Positions 18,804 to 29,994 of a stretch of 64,000 nucleotides of DNA are shown here, piece after piece; within the stretch, counting starts at the first letter, position 1; every line of letters starts with the position of its first letter. The notes under the pieces are model-generated. The model ran no database searches and had not been told where the DNA came from. It saw only the letters and a list, made by a program, of their open reading frames with translations. The translations under genes and the position numbers were made by a program. This DNA is from an uncultured Rhodospirillaceae bacterium (GTDB lineage: Bacteria > Pseudomonadota > Alphaproteobacteria > UBA8366). Where the stretch lies: NCBI GenBank assembly GCA_964408805.1, contig CAYPAV010000022.1:17227-81226 (forward strand), read 5' to 3'.

Positions 18804-19973
18804 CTAATCGCCGCAGACGTGGTCCATCAGCTTGGCGATGAAGGCCTCGCCTTTGGCCAGTTGGTCCAGGCTGATGAACTCGTCCGGCTTGTGGGCCTGG
18901 TCGATGCTGCCGGGGCCGCAGACGACCGTGGGGATGCCGACGCGGTTCTGAAACAGGCCCGCTTCGGTGCCGAAGGCGACCTTGGCGTGGTCGTTCCGTC
19001 CGGCGAGCGATTTGGCGAAGGTGACGACCTCCTCGCCGGGGTCGATGTCGAGGCCGTCGATCAGGCTCAGCGCCTCGAACGCGATGCCGCTCTCGGGGTC
19101 GATTGCCTGCATTTCGGGCTCCAGCACGTCTCGGGCATGGCGCTCGATCTCGTCGAAGAGTTCGGTCCCGTCATGGCCCGAGATACAGCGGAACTCGAAA
19201 TCGAAGGTGCAATCCTTCGGCACGATATTGAGTGCGGTGCCGCCATGGACCGTCCCCGTGTGGACCGTCGTGTGGGTGATGTCGTAGAGATCGTCGAACG
19301 GTCCCTCGGCGGCGATCCGCCTTGCCATGCCCTTCAAATAGCTGATCAACTCGGCCGCGTATTCGACCGCATTGACGCCCTGGGGCGCCAGGCTCGAATG
19401 GGCTTCCAGGCCCCGGACATGGCAGCGATAGCTCAGCTTGCCCTTATGGCCGATGATCACTTGCATCGAGGTCGGTTCGCCGACGATGCACATCATCGGT
19501 TTCGGGTCCATGTCGATCATCTTGTCGATCAGGCTGCGGACCCCGACGCAGCCGATCTCCTCGTCATGGCTGAAGGCGAAATGGATCGGCGTCTCCAGGC
19601 CGCGTTCCAGCATCCTGGGAGCATTGGCGAGACAGATCGCGATGAAGCTTTTCATGTCGCAGGTGCCGCGGCCGTATAGCTTGTCGTTCTTCTCGGTCAC
19701 CTCGAAGGGATCGGTCGACCAATCCTGACCATCGACCGGTACGACGTCGGTATGACCGGAGAGCAATATACCCGGCTTGTCGGTCGGGCCGAGCGTTGCG
19801 TAGAGGTTCGCCTTTTTGCCGGTTTCGTCGTGCACCAGCATGGAGTCCACCCCGAGATCGCCCAGATAATCCCGGACGTAGCCGATCAGGGCCAGGTTCG
19901 ACTCCCGGCTGGTGGTGTCGAAGCTGATGAGCTTTCGTATGAAATCGATGCTGCTTTGCTCAGAGACGCCCAC
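18804..19973 (-). CDS. argE: Acetylornithine deacetylase (M20A)
   Basis: LSGHTDVVP, YGRGTCDMK, DEEIGC, VGEPT, HSS, AFGTEAG, AHKPDE; GTG start inferred. Confidence 0.88.
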   Translation of the reverse strand: MGVSEQSSIDFIRKLISFDTTSRESNLALIGYVRDYLGDLGVDSMLVHDETGKKANLYATLGPTDKPGILLSGHTDVVPVDGQDWSTDPFEVTEKNDKLYGRGTCDMKSFIAICLANAPRMLERGLETPIHFAFSHDEEIGCVGVRSLIDKMIDMDPKPMMCIVGEPTSMQVIIGHKGKLSYRCHVRGLEAHSSLAPQGVNAVEYAAELISYLKGMARRIAAEGPFDDLYDITHTTVHTGTVHGGTALNIVPKDCTFDFEFRCISGHDGTELFDEIERHARDVLEPEMQAIDPESGIAFEALSLIDGLDIDPGEEVVTFAKSLAGRNDHAKVAFGTEAGLFQNRVGIPTVVCGPGSIDQAHKPDEFISLDQLAKGEAFIAKLMDHVCGD

Positions 19974-20093
19974 GCCATTCTCTCCACGACTGCCATACGC
20001 GGCCGCGAGAATAGGCGAGCCGCCAACCCTTGGCCAGCGGTCCGGCGCCTTGCTATTAGAGGCACCCAACATCGATCCGATCGAGGAAGCCGC

Positions 20094-21239
20094 ATGCCGG
20101 AACGCGAGGTTCGTTACGTCAATCCCAGATCAGGCGCCGAGTGGCCGGTGACGACCGCGCTTTGGCGGGCGCCGGACGATGGCGGCTATCTCAATCTGTC
20201 GCCGGGCGCGGGCTTCGCGCTCGATGATCTCGCGGTGGAGAAGCACTCGATGTGGCGCTATGAGGCGGCGATTCGGCTGCCGGGTGCCGATGTCATCTCG
20301 CTCGGCGAAGGCGGCACGCCGCTGGTTGAAGGCGACTGGGAGGGGATGGCGGTCCAAATGAAGTGCGAGCATTTGATGCCGTCGGGCTCGTTCAAGGATC
20401 GCGGCACGGCGGTGATGCTGAACTATCTCCGGCAGACCGGCGTGACGAATATCCTGGAAGACAGTTCGGGCAACGCCGGCGCCTCGATCGCCACATTCGC
20501 CGCGGCCCTGGGACTGGATTGCCGGATCTTGGTTCCGGCCGCCGCCCCCGCCGCCAAAAAAATGCAGATCGCCGCCATGGGCGCCGAGGTGGTCGGGATC
20601 GAGGGAAGCCGGCAGGATGTGGCCGAGGCGGCACTGGCCGAGGCCGAGACGGTTTTCTACGCAAGCCACAATTGGCAGCCCTATTTCATCGAGGGGACGA
20701 AGACGCTGGCCTTCGAGCTTTGGGACCAGCTCGGCCGTCGCGCTCCCGATTGGGTCGTCGTGCCGCTTGGATACGGCAGCAACGTCATCGGTCTCCATCT
20801 TGGGTTCACGGAACTGACAGCGGCGGGATTGATCGATCGAGTGCCGAGGATCGGGGCGGTACAGGCAGCGAATTGTGCGGTCTTCGAGGCGGCCTGGCGG
20901 GCGGGTGGCGCGCCAGTTGAGATCGAGGCGAGGCCGACGCTTGCCGATGGGATCGCGTGCGAACGTCCGGTAAGGCTGGGTGAGGTGATGGCGGCCCTTG
21001 GCGATACCGGCGGAACGGTGATCGCGGTCGAGGAGGTGGAGATTGCCGCCGCCCTTCGCGGGTTTGCCGAGAAGGGATATTTCATCGAACCGACGAGCGC
21101 TACCGTCGGCGCCGCGCTTACCCGGCTTCGGACGGATTCCGTCATTGGCCCGGATGAAACCGTGGTCGCGGTTCTCACCGGCAGCGGTTTGAAGGCGGTC
21201 GAAAAGATCGGCGGGATGTTGAAAACCGGAGCGGAGTAG
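20094..21239 (+). CDS. Threonine synthase-like PLP-dependent enzyme
   Basis: SLGEGGTPL, PSGSFKDRG (PLP lysine), EDSSGNAG, EPTSA, LTGSGLK. Confidence 0.85.
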   Translation: MPEREVRYVNPRSGAEWPVTTALWRAPDDGGYLNLSPGAGFALDDLAVEKHSMWRYEAAIRLPGADVISLGEGGTPLVEGDWEGMAVQMKCEHLMPSGSFKDRGTAVMLNYLRQTGVTNILEDSSGNAGASIATFAAALGLDCRILVPAAAPAAKKMQIAAMGAEVVGIEGSRQDVAEAALAEAETVFYASHNWQPYFIEGTKTLAFELWDQLGRRAPDWVVVPLGYGSNVIGLHLGFTELTAAGLIDRVPRIGAVQAANCAVFEAAWRAGGAPVEIEARPTLADGIACERPVRLGEVMAALGDTGGTVIAVEEVEIAAALRGFAEKGYFIEPTSATVGAALTRLRTDSVIGPDETVVAVLTGSGLKAVEKIGGMLKTGAE

Positions 21240-21310
21240 GACATCTTGTTTGAAGGACGCATGAGGGGGACCCGCGGGCGGGTCCGCGCAAAGGCAGAAA
21301 AGAAGAACCC

Positions 21311-22186
21311 ATGAGCGACACCGTCCCCGGGGTCTACAAGGTCGAGCGGCCACGCACGCTCAACCTGCCGCTCGTGCTCGATTCGCCCCATAGCGGTGAG
21401 CGCTATCCAGGCGACTTCAATACGCCGGTGCCGATGGAGGTGCTCCGCCGGGCCGAGGACATGTATGTCGACGACCTCTTCGCGGGTGCGGTCGATAGAG
21501 GGTCACCGCTGATATCCGCGCTTTTTCCGCGCAGCTATATCGATCCCAACCGGGCCCTTCAGGACCTCGATCGCGAATTGCTGGAGGAACCCTGGCCTGA
21601 GCCCGTTCAGCCGAGCGAGAAGGCGCGTCTCGGACATGGCCTGATCTGGCGCGTGTGTCCGCCCGATCTGCCGATGTATGTAAAGCGTTTGACGGTCGAG
21701 GAAGTGAAGTACCGCATTGCCACCTATTGGCATGCCTATCATGCGGCCTTGTCGGCGCTTCTGGATGAGGCGCAGGATCGATTCGGCAAGGCCTGGCTGC
21801 TCGATTGTCATTCGATGCCGTCGGTCAGCCTGCCGAAGGAGCCGCGTTTCGGCGGCGTGCGCCGAGCGGAATTCATCCTGGGCGATCGAGACGGCACGAC
21901 ATGCTCGACGGAATTTCTTTATGTCGTCCGTGATACGCTGAAGAGTTTCGGCTATCACGTGAAGATCAACGATCCCTACAAGGGGGTCGAGATCATTCGC
22001 CGGCACGGCCGGCCGGCGGAGGGCCGACATAGCCTGCAGATCGAGATCAACCGAGCCCTTTATATGAATGAGGAAACCTTTGAGCGGACAGTTTATTACG
22101 CCGAGCTTCAAGGACATATGTCGCGCCTGGTCGAAGTGATCGGTGACTACTCGCTCGACCGCGTCGGCGCGAAGGCGGCCGAGTAG
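21311..22186 (+). CDS. N-formylglutamate amidohydrolase
   Basis: DSPHSG, RSYIDPNR, DCHSMPS, LGDRDG, NDPYKG, QIEINR. Confidence 0.9.
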   Translation: MSDTVPGVYKVERPRTLNLPLVLDSPHSGERYPGDFNTPVPMEVLRRAEDMYVDDLFAGAVDRGSPLISALFPRSYIDPNRALQDLDRELLEEPWPEPVQPSEKARLGHGLIWRVCPPDLPMYVKRLTVEEVKYRIATYWHAYHAALSALLDEAQDRFGKAWLLDCHSMPSVSLPKEPRFGGVRRAEFILGDRDGTTCSTEFLYVVRDTLKSFGYHVKINDPYKGVEIIRRHGRPAEGRHSLQIEINRALYMNEETFERTVYYAELQGHMSRLVEVIGDYSLDRVGAKAAE

Positions 22187-22226
22187 GGGTCTCGCCCGGC
22201 GCTCGAGGCAACTGGAAAATGTTTAC

Positions 22227-23012
22227 ATGACGGATGGACGTGTCGTCGTCATCACCGGCGGTGCCAGCGGGATCGGCAAGGCGACCGGCACGGCTTTCTT
22301 GGCGCGTGGCGCCAAAGTGGTGCTGGCGGATCTGAACACGACCGCCGGCGCCGAGGCGGTGGCCGCGCTCGAAGGTGGCGCAGGCACGGTTCGCTTCGTC
22401 GAGGCGGACGTGACCTCCGAGTCTTCCCTCGCCGCTCTTCGGGCCGATATCGAGGCGCGAGAGGGGCCCGCCGACGTGCTGGTCAACTCGGCCGGCATCC
22501 TGCAGAACGCGACAACGACCCGACGGATGGACTTGGCCGAGCATGACCGGGTCTGGGACGTGAATTATCGCGGCACTTTTCTTGCCGGCCGGTGCTTCGG
22601 CGAACGCATGGTCGAGCATCGCCGGGGCTGGATCGTCAATCTAGCCTCGATCAACAGCCTGCATGCGTTTCCGCTGCCGGCTTATGCGCCGGGAAAGGCG
22701 GCGATTAAATCGCTGACGGAGTTGCAGGCCGTCGAATACGGCGAATACAAGGTGCGGGTAAACGCGGTGGCACCCGGGGTCACCTTGACCGAGAACATCC
22801 GTGCTCGCATCGAATCCGGACAACGCGATCCCGAGGTGATCAAGGGATATGCCGCGCTCGGCGAATTGATCGAGCCCGAGGATGTCGCCAACGGCATTGT
22901 ATTCCTATGCTCGCCCGAGGCGGCGCGCATTACCGGGGTGACACTGCCGATAGATGCCGGTTGGCTGATCTCCGTTCCCTACAAGGCGTTTCCGGGCGAC
23001 GTCGACGGATAG
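22227..23012 (+). CDS. SDR family oxidoreductase
   Basis: TGGASGIG, LVNSAG, YAPGK, VNAVAPG, DAGW. Confidence 0.9.
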   Translation: MTDGRVVVITGGASGIGKATGTAFLARGAKVVLADLNTTAGAEAVAALEGGAGTVRFVEADVTSESSLAALRADIEAREGPADVLVNSAGILQNATTTRRMDLAEHDRVWDVNYRGTFLAGRCFGERMVEHRRGWIVNLASINSLHAFPLPAYAPGKAAIKSLTELQAVEYGEYKVRVNAVAPGVTLTENIRARIESGQRDPEVIKGYAALGELIEPEDVANGIVFLCSPEAARITGVTLPIDAGWLISVPYKAFPGDVDG

Positions 23013-23028
23013 CGAATGGAGGCCACCG

Positions 23029-23886
23029 TCATCGGGTTTCGCGAAACATCGTGTAGAGACCGCTCCCGACGACGAGGATGGTGCCGGCGATCATCCAAAG
23101 ATCCGGGATATCGCCCCAGATCGTGATTCCGATGACGACCGCCCAGACCAGCGAGAAATACCTTAAGGGTGCGACGATCGGCGCCGGCGAGAGTTGGAAG
23201 GCCTTCACGACGAAATAATGTGCGGTCCCATTGATGAATCCGGCGACGATGAACAGGAGCCAATCCCCGGCCGGCGGCATGGTTGTTCCGAAGAGCAGCG
23301 ATACGGCCCCTACACCCGTGGTGATCGTGACGGTATAGAGAAGGAGCGTGCCCGTGCTGTCCCTGGCACCCAGTTGGCGGGTGAGGACATCGCGGGCGGC
23401 CATCAAAAAGGCAACTACAAGGGGCATCACGATCAGGAGATTGAGCGTCCCGCCGCCGGGCCGTGTCATGCACAAAACGCCGGCGAAGCCGACCAAGATC
23501 GCGAGCCAGCGGCGCCACCCAACCATTTCACCAAGGAATGTGGGCGCCAAGGCAGCCAGTATCAGCGGGCTCATGAACGCGACCGCTAAGACGTCCGCCA
23601 TCGGCATCAAGGAGAGCGAGGTGATGATCAGGACGCCCGATGCCGTATTGCAGGCGGCACGCGCGATATTCGCAAATGGACGGGCGCTTCGCAGCGTATG
23701 CAGGCCCCCGTCGCGCCAGACGAAATATGCGATCGGCAAATAGGCCCAGATGCCGCGATAGAAGAAGATCTCCCCGAAATGATAGTCCGCCGTAAGCCAC
23801 TTCGAGATCGCGTCCTGCGTCGTCAGCATCAGTGTGCCGAGCAGAATAAATGGGATTCCGCGGCCTGTGGCGGTATCGCTGCTCAT
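23029..23886 (-). CDS. DMT/EamA family transporter
   Basis: About 10 hydrophobic segments; LGEMVGWRRW..GFAGVL..RPG; PLRY. Confidence 0.85.
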   Translation of the reverse strand: MSSDTATGRGIPFILLGTLMLTTQDAISKWLTADYHFGEIFFYRGIWAYLPIAYFVWRDGGLHTLRSARPFANIARAACNTASGVLIITSLSLMPMADVLAVAFMSPLILAALAPTFLGEMVGWRRWLAILVGFAGVLCMTRPGGGTLNLLIVMPLVVAFLMAARDVLTRQLGARDSTGTLLLYTVTITTGVGAVSLLFGTTMPPAGDWLLFIVAGFINGTAHYFVVKAFQLSPAPIVAPLRYFSLVWAVVIGITIWGDIPDLWMIAGTILVVGSGLYTMFRETR

Positions 23887-23923
23887 GGTGTCTTGACGGT
23901 GACCGAAAAGTTGGCGGCGTCCC

Positions 23924-24691
23924 TCAAGGCGCGAATTGTTCGTTGAGAATGCGTTCCTCGAGATTGTGTTCCGGATCGAACAACATGGTCATGTCGATCG
24001 AATGATCCATCGCGACCATGACCTTGGCGACGCCGCGGACTTCGAATCCGTCGGCACTTGCATTGACCGGGCGCTTGTCGGTTTCAAGCAGCTCGAATTC
24101 GACCTGGGCGGAGCTTGGCAGGATCGCGCCCCGCCAGCGCCGGGGGCGAAAGGCGCTAATCGGGGTGAGGCACAGAACGGCCGCACCGATCGGCACGATC
24201 GGACCATGCGCGGAGAGATTATAAGCGGTGCTGCCGGCGGGTGTGCAAAGAAGCACGCCATCGCAGATCAACTCCTCGATCCGCACGACGTCATCGACGC
24301 GGATGCGAACCTTGGCTGCCTGCTGCGTTGCGCGGAGCAACGAAACTTCGTTGATGGCGGGCGCTTCGTGGCTTTCACCCTTCACTGTTTCAGCGGTCAT
24401 CATTAGAGGGTGCAGGGTATGCGGTTCGGTCCGCGAAAGCCGGTCGGGCAGGTCCTCCAAGACGTATTCGTTCATCAGGAAACCGACGCTGCCGCGGTTC
24501 ATCCCGTAAATTCGTTTGTCGGCGCCGTTATGGGTATGCAGGGTCCGCAGCATGAAGCCGTCGCCGCCAAGCGCTACGATGACGTCCGCTTCCTCGGGTG
24601 ATACGCCGCCATAGGCCTCGCGAAGCTCTTTGTACGCCTCCTGCGCGTCGTCGGAATCCGAGGCTAAAAATGCAATCTTCTTGTAATTCAT
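23924..24691 (-). CDS. nadK: NAD kinase
   Basis: LGGDG, GSVGFL, NE motif, [17 protein letters not shown]; ATG at 24691. Confidence 0.92.
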   Translation of the reverse strand: MNYKKIAFLASDSDDAQEAYKELREAYGGVSPEEADVIVALGGDGFMLRTLHTHNGADKRIYGMNRGSVGFLMNEYVLEDLPDRLSRTEPHTLHPLMMTAETVKGESHEAPAINEVSLLRATQQAAKVRIRVDDVVRIEELICDGVLLCTPAGSTAYNLSAHGPIVPIGAAVLCLTPISAFRPRRWRGAILPSSAQVEFELLETDKRPVNASADGFEVRGVAKVMVAMDHSIDMTMLFDPEHNLEERILNEQFAP

Positions 24692-24789
24692 ACGGAATCC
24701 CCACGAGAATGGGCGTCGGCAGGCCGCGACAGTATACCGAAGGAGTTGGTGGGCGCCAGCGGCCGCGAAATTCGTTTCTGGAGGATGCA

Positions 24790-25278
24790 ATGCACTGGTC
24801 GCCTTGGGTCGTTCTGTTGGCGGTATTGTCCGTGGCGGTGCCGGCAGAGGCATGGGCGCAGGCTAAAGATCGGCATGCCGGCTATTATTATCCAACGCCG
24901 AAAACCCACGAAATCTATCGTGCCCGCATTCGTGTCGCGCCGGAGGCGTCGCGCAACGCCCGTATCGCCTTTGTCACCAACATCACCAACGGGATGATCG
25001 CCAAGAACGCCTATCCGCCGCCCTTCGTCATGTTCGTGAAGGGCAATCGCAAAGAGAAGCTAATTATCGTCGGGTTGCGGGACAACGCTTACAACACGCT
25101 TTTTCGGGCGCGGGCGCTCCTGGCGCAACTGACGTCGATCTCGCGGACCACGCGGTTGTTCCGCGAGCATTCGAAAGCGGATTGTCTGACATTTCTCGAC
25201 CTATTGAAACTGATGGGGTTTGAACTGTTGACCGTGAGCGACGGCAAGGATTTCGCCCATCAGATCATGCTTCGCTGA
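24790..25278 (+). CDS. Hypothetical exported protein
   Basis: Signal-peptide-like N-terminus (..AEAWAQ); GGAGG upstream; lies near moaA. Confidence 0.6.
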   Translation: MHWSPWVVLLAVLSVAVPAEAWAQAKDRHAGYYYPTPKTHEIYRARIRVAPEASRNARIAFVTNITNGMIAKNAYPPPFVMFVKGNRKEKLIIVGLRDNAYNTLFRARALLAQLTSISRTTRLFREHSKADCLTFLDLLKLMGFELLTVSDGKDFAHQIMLR

Positions 25279-25293
25279 AGGGATGATTTCGTC

Positions 25294-25698
25294 ATGTCGG
25301 ATCGGGAGGCCGTCCTGTTCGCCAACGACGCATTCTATGTCTGCTTCGCCGGCAACGATTACGAGGGGCTGGAACGGCTCTGGGCCCGGACGGCGCCCGT
25401 GACCTGCATCCATCCGGGCTGGGAGGCGCTTTACGGCCGCGGCCCGGTGATGGAAAGCTGGCTCGCGATCATCCAGAATGGTGCGCCGGCAATTCAATGC
25501 CGCGAACCTCGGGTCGCGCTTTACGGCGATACGGCGACGGTCATCTGCTACGAGCGGGCCGAGGGTGGCTACCTGATCGCCACCAACGTCTTTGTTCGCG
25601 AGGACGGCGAATGGCGAATGACGCATCATCAAGCCGGTCCCACACGCGGCGCTCCTGCGCCGGAGGTGGAGGGCGGACCGCCCGCCAGCGTCAACTGA
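25294..25698 (+). CDS. SnoaL/NTF2-like protein
   Basis: ANDAFY..CIHPGW..ATNVF..WRMTHH. Confidence 0.85.
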   Translation: MSDREAVLFANDAFYVCFAGNDYEGLERLWARTAPVTCIHPGWEALYGRGPVMESWLAIIQNGAPAIQCREPRVALYGDTATVICYERAEGGYLIATNVFVREDGEWRMTHHQAGPTRGAPAPEVEGGPPASVN

Positions 25699-25717
25699 TC
25701 ACGAAGACCTAGCTAGC

Positions 25718-26758
25718 CTATCCGCCGGTTACACTCATATGGCGGCTGACGCCGGGGCGGCGACTACGCCGGTTGATAATGAAATCATGCCCCTGCGGCT
25801 TGCGGCCGATGGCTTCGTCGATGGCGGTGTGGAGAAGGGCGTCGTCCTCGGTGGCGCGCAGAGGGTCGCGGAGATCGGCGGCATCCTCCTGGCCAAGACA
25901 CATATAGAGCGTCCCCGTGCAGGTCAGCCGCACCCGATTGCAGGTCTCGCAGAAATTATGGGTCATTGGCGTGATGAAGCCGATCTTGGCGCCGGTCTCC
26001 CGACACTCGACATAGCGAGCGGGCCCGCCGGTGTCATAGTCGATCTCGTTCAGTGTCCATCGCGTTTGCAGTTCGGCGCGAACCATCGAAAGCGGCCAAT
26101 ACTGGTCGAGCCGCATCTGCTCGCCGACTTCACCCATCGGCATGACCTCGATAAAAGTCAGATCGTGTCCCGCCTCGCCGCACCAGCGCACGATGTCATG
26201 AATTTCGTCGTCATTGATGCCCTTGAGGGCGACGCAATTAATCTTTACCTGAAGACCCGCTTGGCTGGCCGCATCTATGCCGGCAATGATCTTATCGAGC
26301 TTGCCCCAGCGGGTAATTGCCTCGAATTTCTTCGCATCGAGCGTATCGAGCGAGACATTGACGCGCCGGACCCCGGCCGCCTTCAATGCCGCCGCGTATT
26401 TTGCGAGCTGGCTGCCGTTGGTGGTGAGCGTCAGTTCGTCGAGCGCGCCGGTGCCGATATGCCGGCCCAGGCGGTCGATCAACCACATGATGTTTCGCCG
26501 CACCAAGGGCTCGCCCCCGGTCAGCCGAAGCTTACGGACGCCGCGTTCGACGAAGGCACTGCAAAGACGATCAAGTTCCTCGAGGGTGAGTAGGTCGGCC
26601 TTCGGCAGAAAATGCATGTCCTCGGACATGCAATAGACACAGCGAAAATCACAACGATCCGTGACCGATACGCGTAGATAGGTCACCGCGCGCTCAAACG
26701 GATCGATCAACGAAGTCGTCTTCGCAACGTTGTTATTGTCGTTCGGCCACGCATCCAT
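25718..26758 (-). CDS. moaA: GTP 3',8-cyclase MoaA
   Basis: [18 protein letters not shown] radical-SAM motif; C-terminal FCETCNR..C cluster; ends in GG. Confidence 0.95.
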   Translation of the reverse strand: MDAWPNDNNNVAKTTSLIDPFERAVTYLRVSVTDRCDFRCVYCMSEDMHFLPKADLLTLEELDRLCSAFVERGVRKLRLTGGEPLVRRNIMWLIDRLGRHIGTGALDELTLTTNGSQLAKYAAALKAAGVRRVNVSLDTLDAKKFEAITRWGKLDKIIAGIDAASQAGLQVKINCVALKGINDDEIHDIVRWCGEAGHDLTFIEVMPMGEVGEQMRLDQYWPLSMVRAELQTRWTLNEIDYDTGGPARYVECRETGAKIGFITPMTHNFCETCNRVRLTCTGTLYMCLGQEDAADLRDPLRATEDDALLHTAIDEAIGRKPQGHDFIINRRSRRPGVSRHMSVTGG

Positions 26759-26985
26759 GGCGGTCTCCCAATAGGCAACGTCCATAACATAGTGCGTTTG
26801 GATCGAAATTACCCCTCGAAATTTCGTGATCACGCTACCGACCAAAACAGACCGGTAATTAGGGACGGCGTTTCTCGCTTCGTGGGAACATTCCATTCGT
26901 CTCGACAAAGAAGGCGATACGCGGTTAAATATTAGTCAAGAATTCAAGAGTCGATGTTAATATTTAGCTTTGGAGTCTTAGTCGT

Positions 26986-27459
26986 TTGGTTGATGGATTC
27001 TACAAATTCGGATGGATCCTTCTTGTTTGCGGAATTCTGTTACCGTGGTCGACGGATGCGGCGGCGGCGGGACAGAAGGAATTCGGCAAGAAGCGGAAAT
27101 ACGACGCCACCCATTGCGTCACCTTGACCGAGGGAACGCGGGTTCTTCGAAAACGGAAACGGAAAATTTCCGTCATCTATGCGGAAAACCGCTGTAGCCG
27201 CCCGATTCATGCGCTGGGTTGTTTCAACGTCATCAAGGCTAGCCTCAAGTTCTCGCGCACCGGTTGGTATTGTAAATACAAGGAGTTCAAATCTCGATCC
27301 CGCGCCATGTTCTCGGAACGCGCCAAGTATGGGCGAGTGAAGAAATGGGCGGCTTGCAACGGCAAGAGCGAGGATTGCATCCGGATTTTGCAGACGACCG
27401 AGGGGATCGTCAACTCTGGCGGGCAGGATCCGGAAAAAGTGGCGCGCCGACTCAAATAG
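26986..27459 (+). CDS. Hypothetical exported basic Cys-containing protein
   Basis: 157-aa ORF with signal-like N-terminus; fills the moaA-fdhD gap; GGAG upstream of the TTG start. Confidence 0.55.
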   Translation: MVDGFYKFGWILLVCGILLPWSTDAAAAGQKEFGKKRKYDATHCVTLTEGTRVLRKRKRKISVIYAENRCSRPIHALGCFNVIKASLKFSRTGWYCKYKEFKSRSRAMFSERAKYGRVKKWAACNGKSEDCIRILQTTEGIVNSGGQDPEKVARRLK

Positions 27460-27492
27460 ACCGCGGCTTTCGCGGCATCCTTAGGTCAAGCG

Positions 27493-28344
27493 ATGAAAGA
27501 ATTCGAACTGCGGCCGGACCCAGACGACGAACGCCTGACCGAACGGGTTCACGGCGTCGATCAGGACGGCGCGCCGGTCGATGCGTCGGTCGTCGTCGAA
27601 CGGCCACTCACCCTGTTCCTCAACAAGCGCGAGATCGTCACCATGATGACGATCTGCGATTATCCCGACTATTTGGCGGTTGGGTATCTGATCAATCAGA
27701 ACATGCTGGCGCCCGATGACGCGATTACCGGTATCGACTACGAAGCGGACATCGAGACGGTTGTCGTCCGGACGGACCGCGAAACCGATTTCGAGGACAA
27801 GCTTCGCAAGAAGACACTGACCTCGGGGTGCGCCCAAGGCACGGTCTTCGGGGATTTGATGGAGAAGTTCGACGATATCGTTCTGCTGCCGGAGGCGATC
27901 CTGAAGACGTCTTGGCTCTACGCGCTGACCAAGAAGATCAACACCTCGCCCAGCCTTTATCTCCAAGCCGGCGCGATCCATGGCTGCGTCCTTTGCGAGG
28001 AGGATAAGCCGCTGGTCTACATGGAGGATGTCGGGCGCCATAACGCCATCGACAAGATCGCTGGCTATATGGCGTTGAAAGGGTTGTCGCCGGCGGGGAA
28101 GATTTTCTATACCACTGGGCGGTTGACTTCCGAGATGGTGATCAAGGCGGTCCAAATGCGGATTCCCATTCTGGTGTCTCGGTCCGGCTTTACGGCCTGG
28201 GGTGTCGATCTGGCCCGCCGGGCGAATCTGACACTGATCGGCCGGGCGAGAGGGCGCCGGTTCCTCGCCCTCGCGGGTCAGGAGCGGATTGTCTACGACG
28301 CTCCGAGAGAGAACACGGGGCAAGACGAAAATGCCGCCGAGTGA
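27493..28344 (+). CDS. fdhD: Formate dehydrogenase accessory sulfurtransferase FdhD
   Basis: [37 protein letters not shown]. Confidence 0.92.
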   Translation: MKEFELRPDPDDERLTERVHGVDQDGAPVDASVVVERPLTLFLNKREIVTMMTICDYPDYLAVGYLINQNMLAPDDAITGIDYEADIETVVVRTDRETDFEDKLRKKTLTSGCAQGTVFGDLMEKFDDIVLLPEAILKTSWLYALTKKINTSPSLYLQAGAIHGCVLCEEDKPLVYMEDVGRHNAIDKIAGYMALKGLSPAGKIFYTTGRLTSEMVIKAVQMRIPILVSRSGFTAWGVDLARRANLTLIGRARGRRFLALAGQERIVYDAPRENTGQDENAAE

Positions 28345-28976
28345 CGGGTCGCCGGATGGATGAAACCGTCGTCGGTTTTCTTCTCGCCGGCGGTCAGTCG
28401 CGCCGCATGGGAGGCGGAGACAAATGCCTCCGCGAACTTGGTGGACGGACCATCCTGTCGCGGATCGTCGAGCGCTTGCGGCCGCAGGTCGGCCCGCTCC
28501 TGTTGAATGCGAATGGCGATCCGGAGCGCTTCCGTTCGACCGGCCTAACCGTGGTCGCCGACGTCGTCGAGGGGTTCGCCGGACCGCTGGCCGGTATTCT
28601 CACCGGCTTGCGCTGGGCGGCGGAGAACGTGCCCGATTGCAATTGGGTTGTCAGCGTGCCGACCGATGCGCCCTTCGTACCGCTCGATCTCGTTGCCAGG
28701 CTTCGCGAAGCCGCCGAACGCGAAGGCGCCGATCTGGCACGGGTGTCTTCCGCGGGGCGCCCGCATCCGGTGGTGGGACTTTGGCCGCCGCGTCTCGCCG
28801 ATGCGTTGGCGGGCGCACTCGTCGAGGAAGATATCCGCAAAATCGATGTTTGGACCGCGCGCCATTCGCTCGTCACGGTCGATTTTTCGATCGAGCCGGT
28901 CGACCCGTTCTTTAATGCCAATAAATTGGAGGATCTGGCCGAAGCCGAGCGTCTCCTCGCCTTCGAAAACCCTTAA
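28341..28976 (+). CDS. mobA: Molybdenum cofactor guanylyltransferase
   Basis: [29 protein letters not shown]. Confidence 0.92.
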   Translation: MTGRRMDETVVGFLLAGGQSRRMGGGDKCLRELGGRTILSRIVERLRPQVGPLLLNANGDPERFRSTGLTVVADVVEGFAGPLAGILTGLRWAAENVPDCNWVVSVPTDAPFVPLDLVARLREAAEREGADLARVSSAGRPHPVVGLWPPRLADALAGALVEEDIRKIDVWTARHSLVTVDFSIEPVDPFFNANKLEDLAEAERLLAFENP

Positions 28977-29746
28977 TCCCGAAACAAGGTGACGAACCGG
29001 CCATGCGGCCGCATCGCCGAAACCGTTCCGCCTTCCATAATGACATGGGCAAGTGCGTCCGGATTTTGGGCGACGAAGCCGCTGGTCGCGTCAACGCCAA
29101 ATTCAAACAGCGCAGGACCAAGCGGCGCGCTGGGACCGACAAGGACGACAAAGGCATCTCGCGCCAGTTCGAGGAGACCCGCGAGCGACCCGTTCGAGAG
29201 GGCCGAAGCCGTCACCACGACTTGTTCCGCCTTCGGAAGCAATGTCTCGGCGGCGGATTCGGGATAATACCCCGGACGCGGTTCGCGTTCGATCACCGCG
29301 GCGCCGGGGAGTCGCTGCTCGATACCCGAAAATGCTCCGATGACGACCGTCCGTTCGCCGCGTGCCTCGACTAGGTCGAGGCCGTTCCGTTCACTCCCGG
29401 TGATCTCGAAGCGATTGTGATGCGCATTGATCGCGGCATGGCCGATCGCCCGTTCGAAATCGTTTTCCACGGTGGCGAGGCGCGCGAGTTCCACTAGCTT
29501 TTGTCCGGCATAGCTGCCGGGCGCCGGCAATCCATAGCAGCCATTGGTGCCACGCGCCGGGCTGTGCGACAACCCGATGCCGCCGGGTCCTTGGACCATG
29601 GTCCAGTTCAACCCGACGATGACTCTTTCCGCCAGACCCGTCAGGTCCCGCGAAAGGGCTTGCAGCATGTCGGTCGCGCGCGAAGTCGGTACGTCGGTCG
29701 CGGTTTGCATGGGAAAACTATATAGGGGTGCGTCGAGGTTCGTCAT
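28973..29746 (-). CDS. DUF364/Rossmann-like domain protein
   Basis: [30 protein letters not shown]; start may be 29710. Confidence 0.7.
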   Translation of the reverse strand: MTNLDAPLYSFPMQTATDVPTSRATDMLQALSRDLTGLAERVIVGLNWTMVQGPGGIGLSHSPARGTNGCYGLPAPGSYAGQKLVELARLATVENDFERAIGHAAINAHHNRFEITGSERNGLDLVEARGERTVVIGAFSGIEQRLPGAAVIEREPRPGYYPESAAETLLPKAEQVVVTASALSNGSLAGLLELARDAFVVLVGPSAPLGPALFEFGVDATSGFVAQNPDALAHVIMEGGTVSAMRPHGRFVTLFRD

Positions 29747-29918
29747 CCGTGTCCCCGATCCGGATGAGCTCGACCTCCGTCAGATTTATCGTGACCTTGC
29801 CGGCATCCTCGAAGTTCACGGTCGCCCGACCGTCGATGACGGATTGCACCTGGCCCAAGCCCCAATCCAACATTTTTGGGTGGCGTACGAAATCTCCCGG
29901 AATTAGAACTTGCGACAT
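29718..29918 (-). CDS. DUF3553 family small protein
   Basis: PGDFVRHP..DWGLGQVQS..VNFEDAGKV; divergent from chpT as in other Alphaproteobacteria. Confidence 0.8.
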   Translation of the reverse strand: MSQVLIPGDFVRHPKMLDWGLGQVQSVIDGRATVNFEDAGKVTINLTEVELIRIGDTDDEPRRTPI

Positions 29919-29994
29919 TCCTGTCTCACCGTAAGGCTGTGGAAGATTGTGATATTTACGGTTTGGAAAGAACTAGAAACTAGAATTTTTCTCT

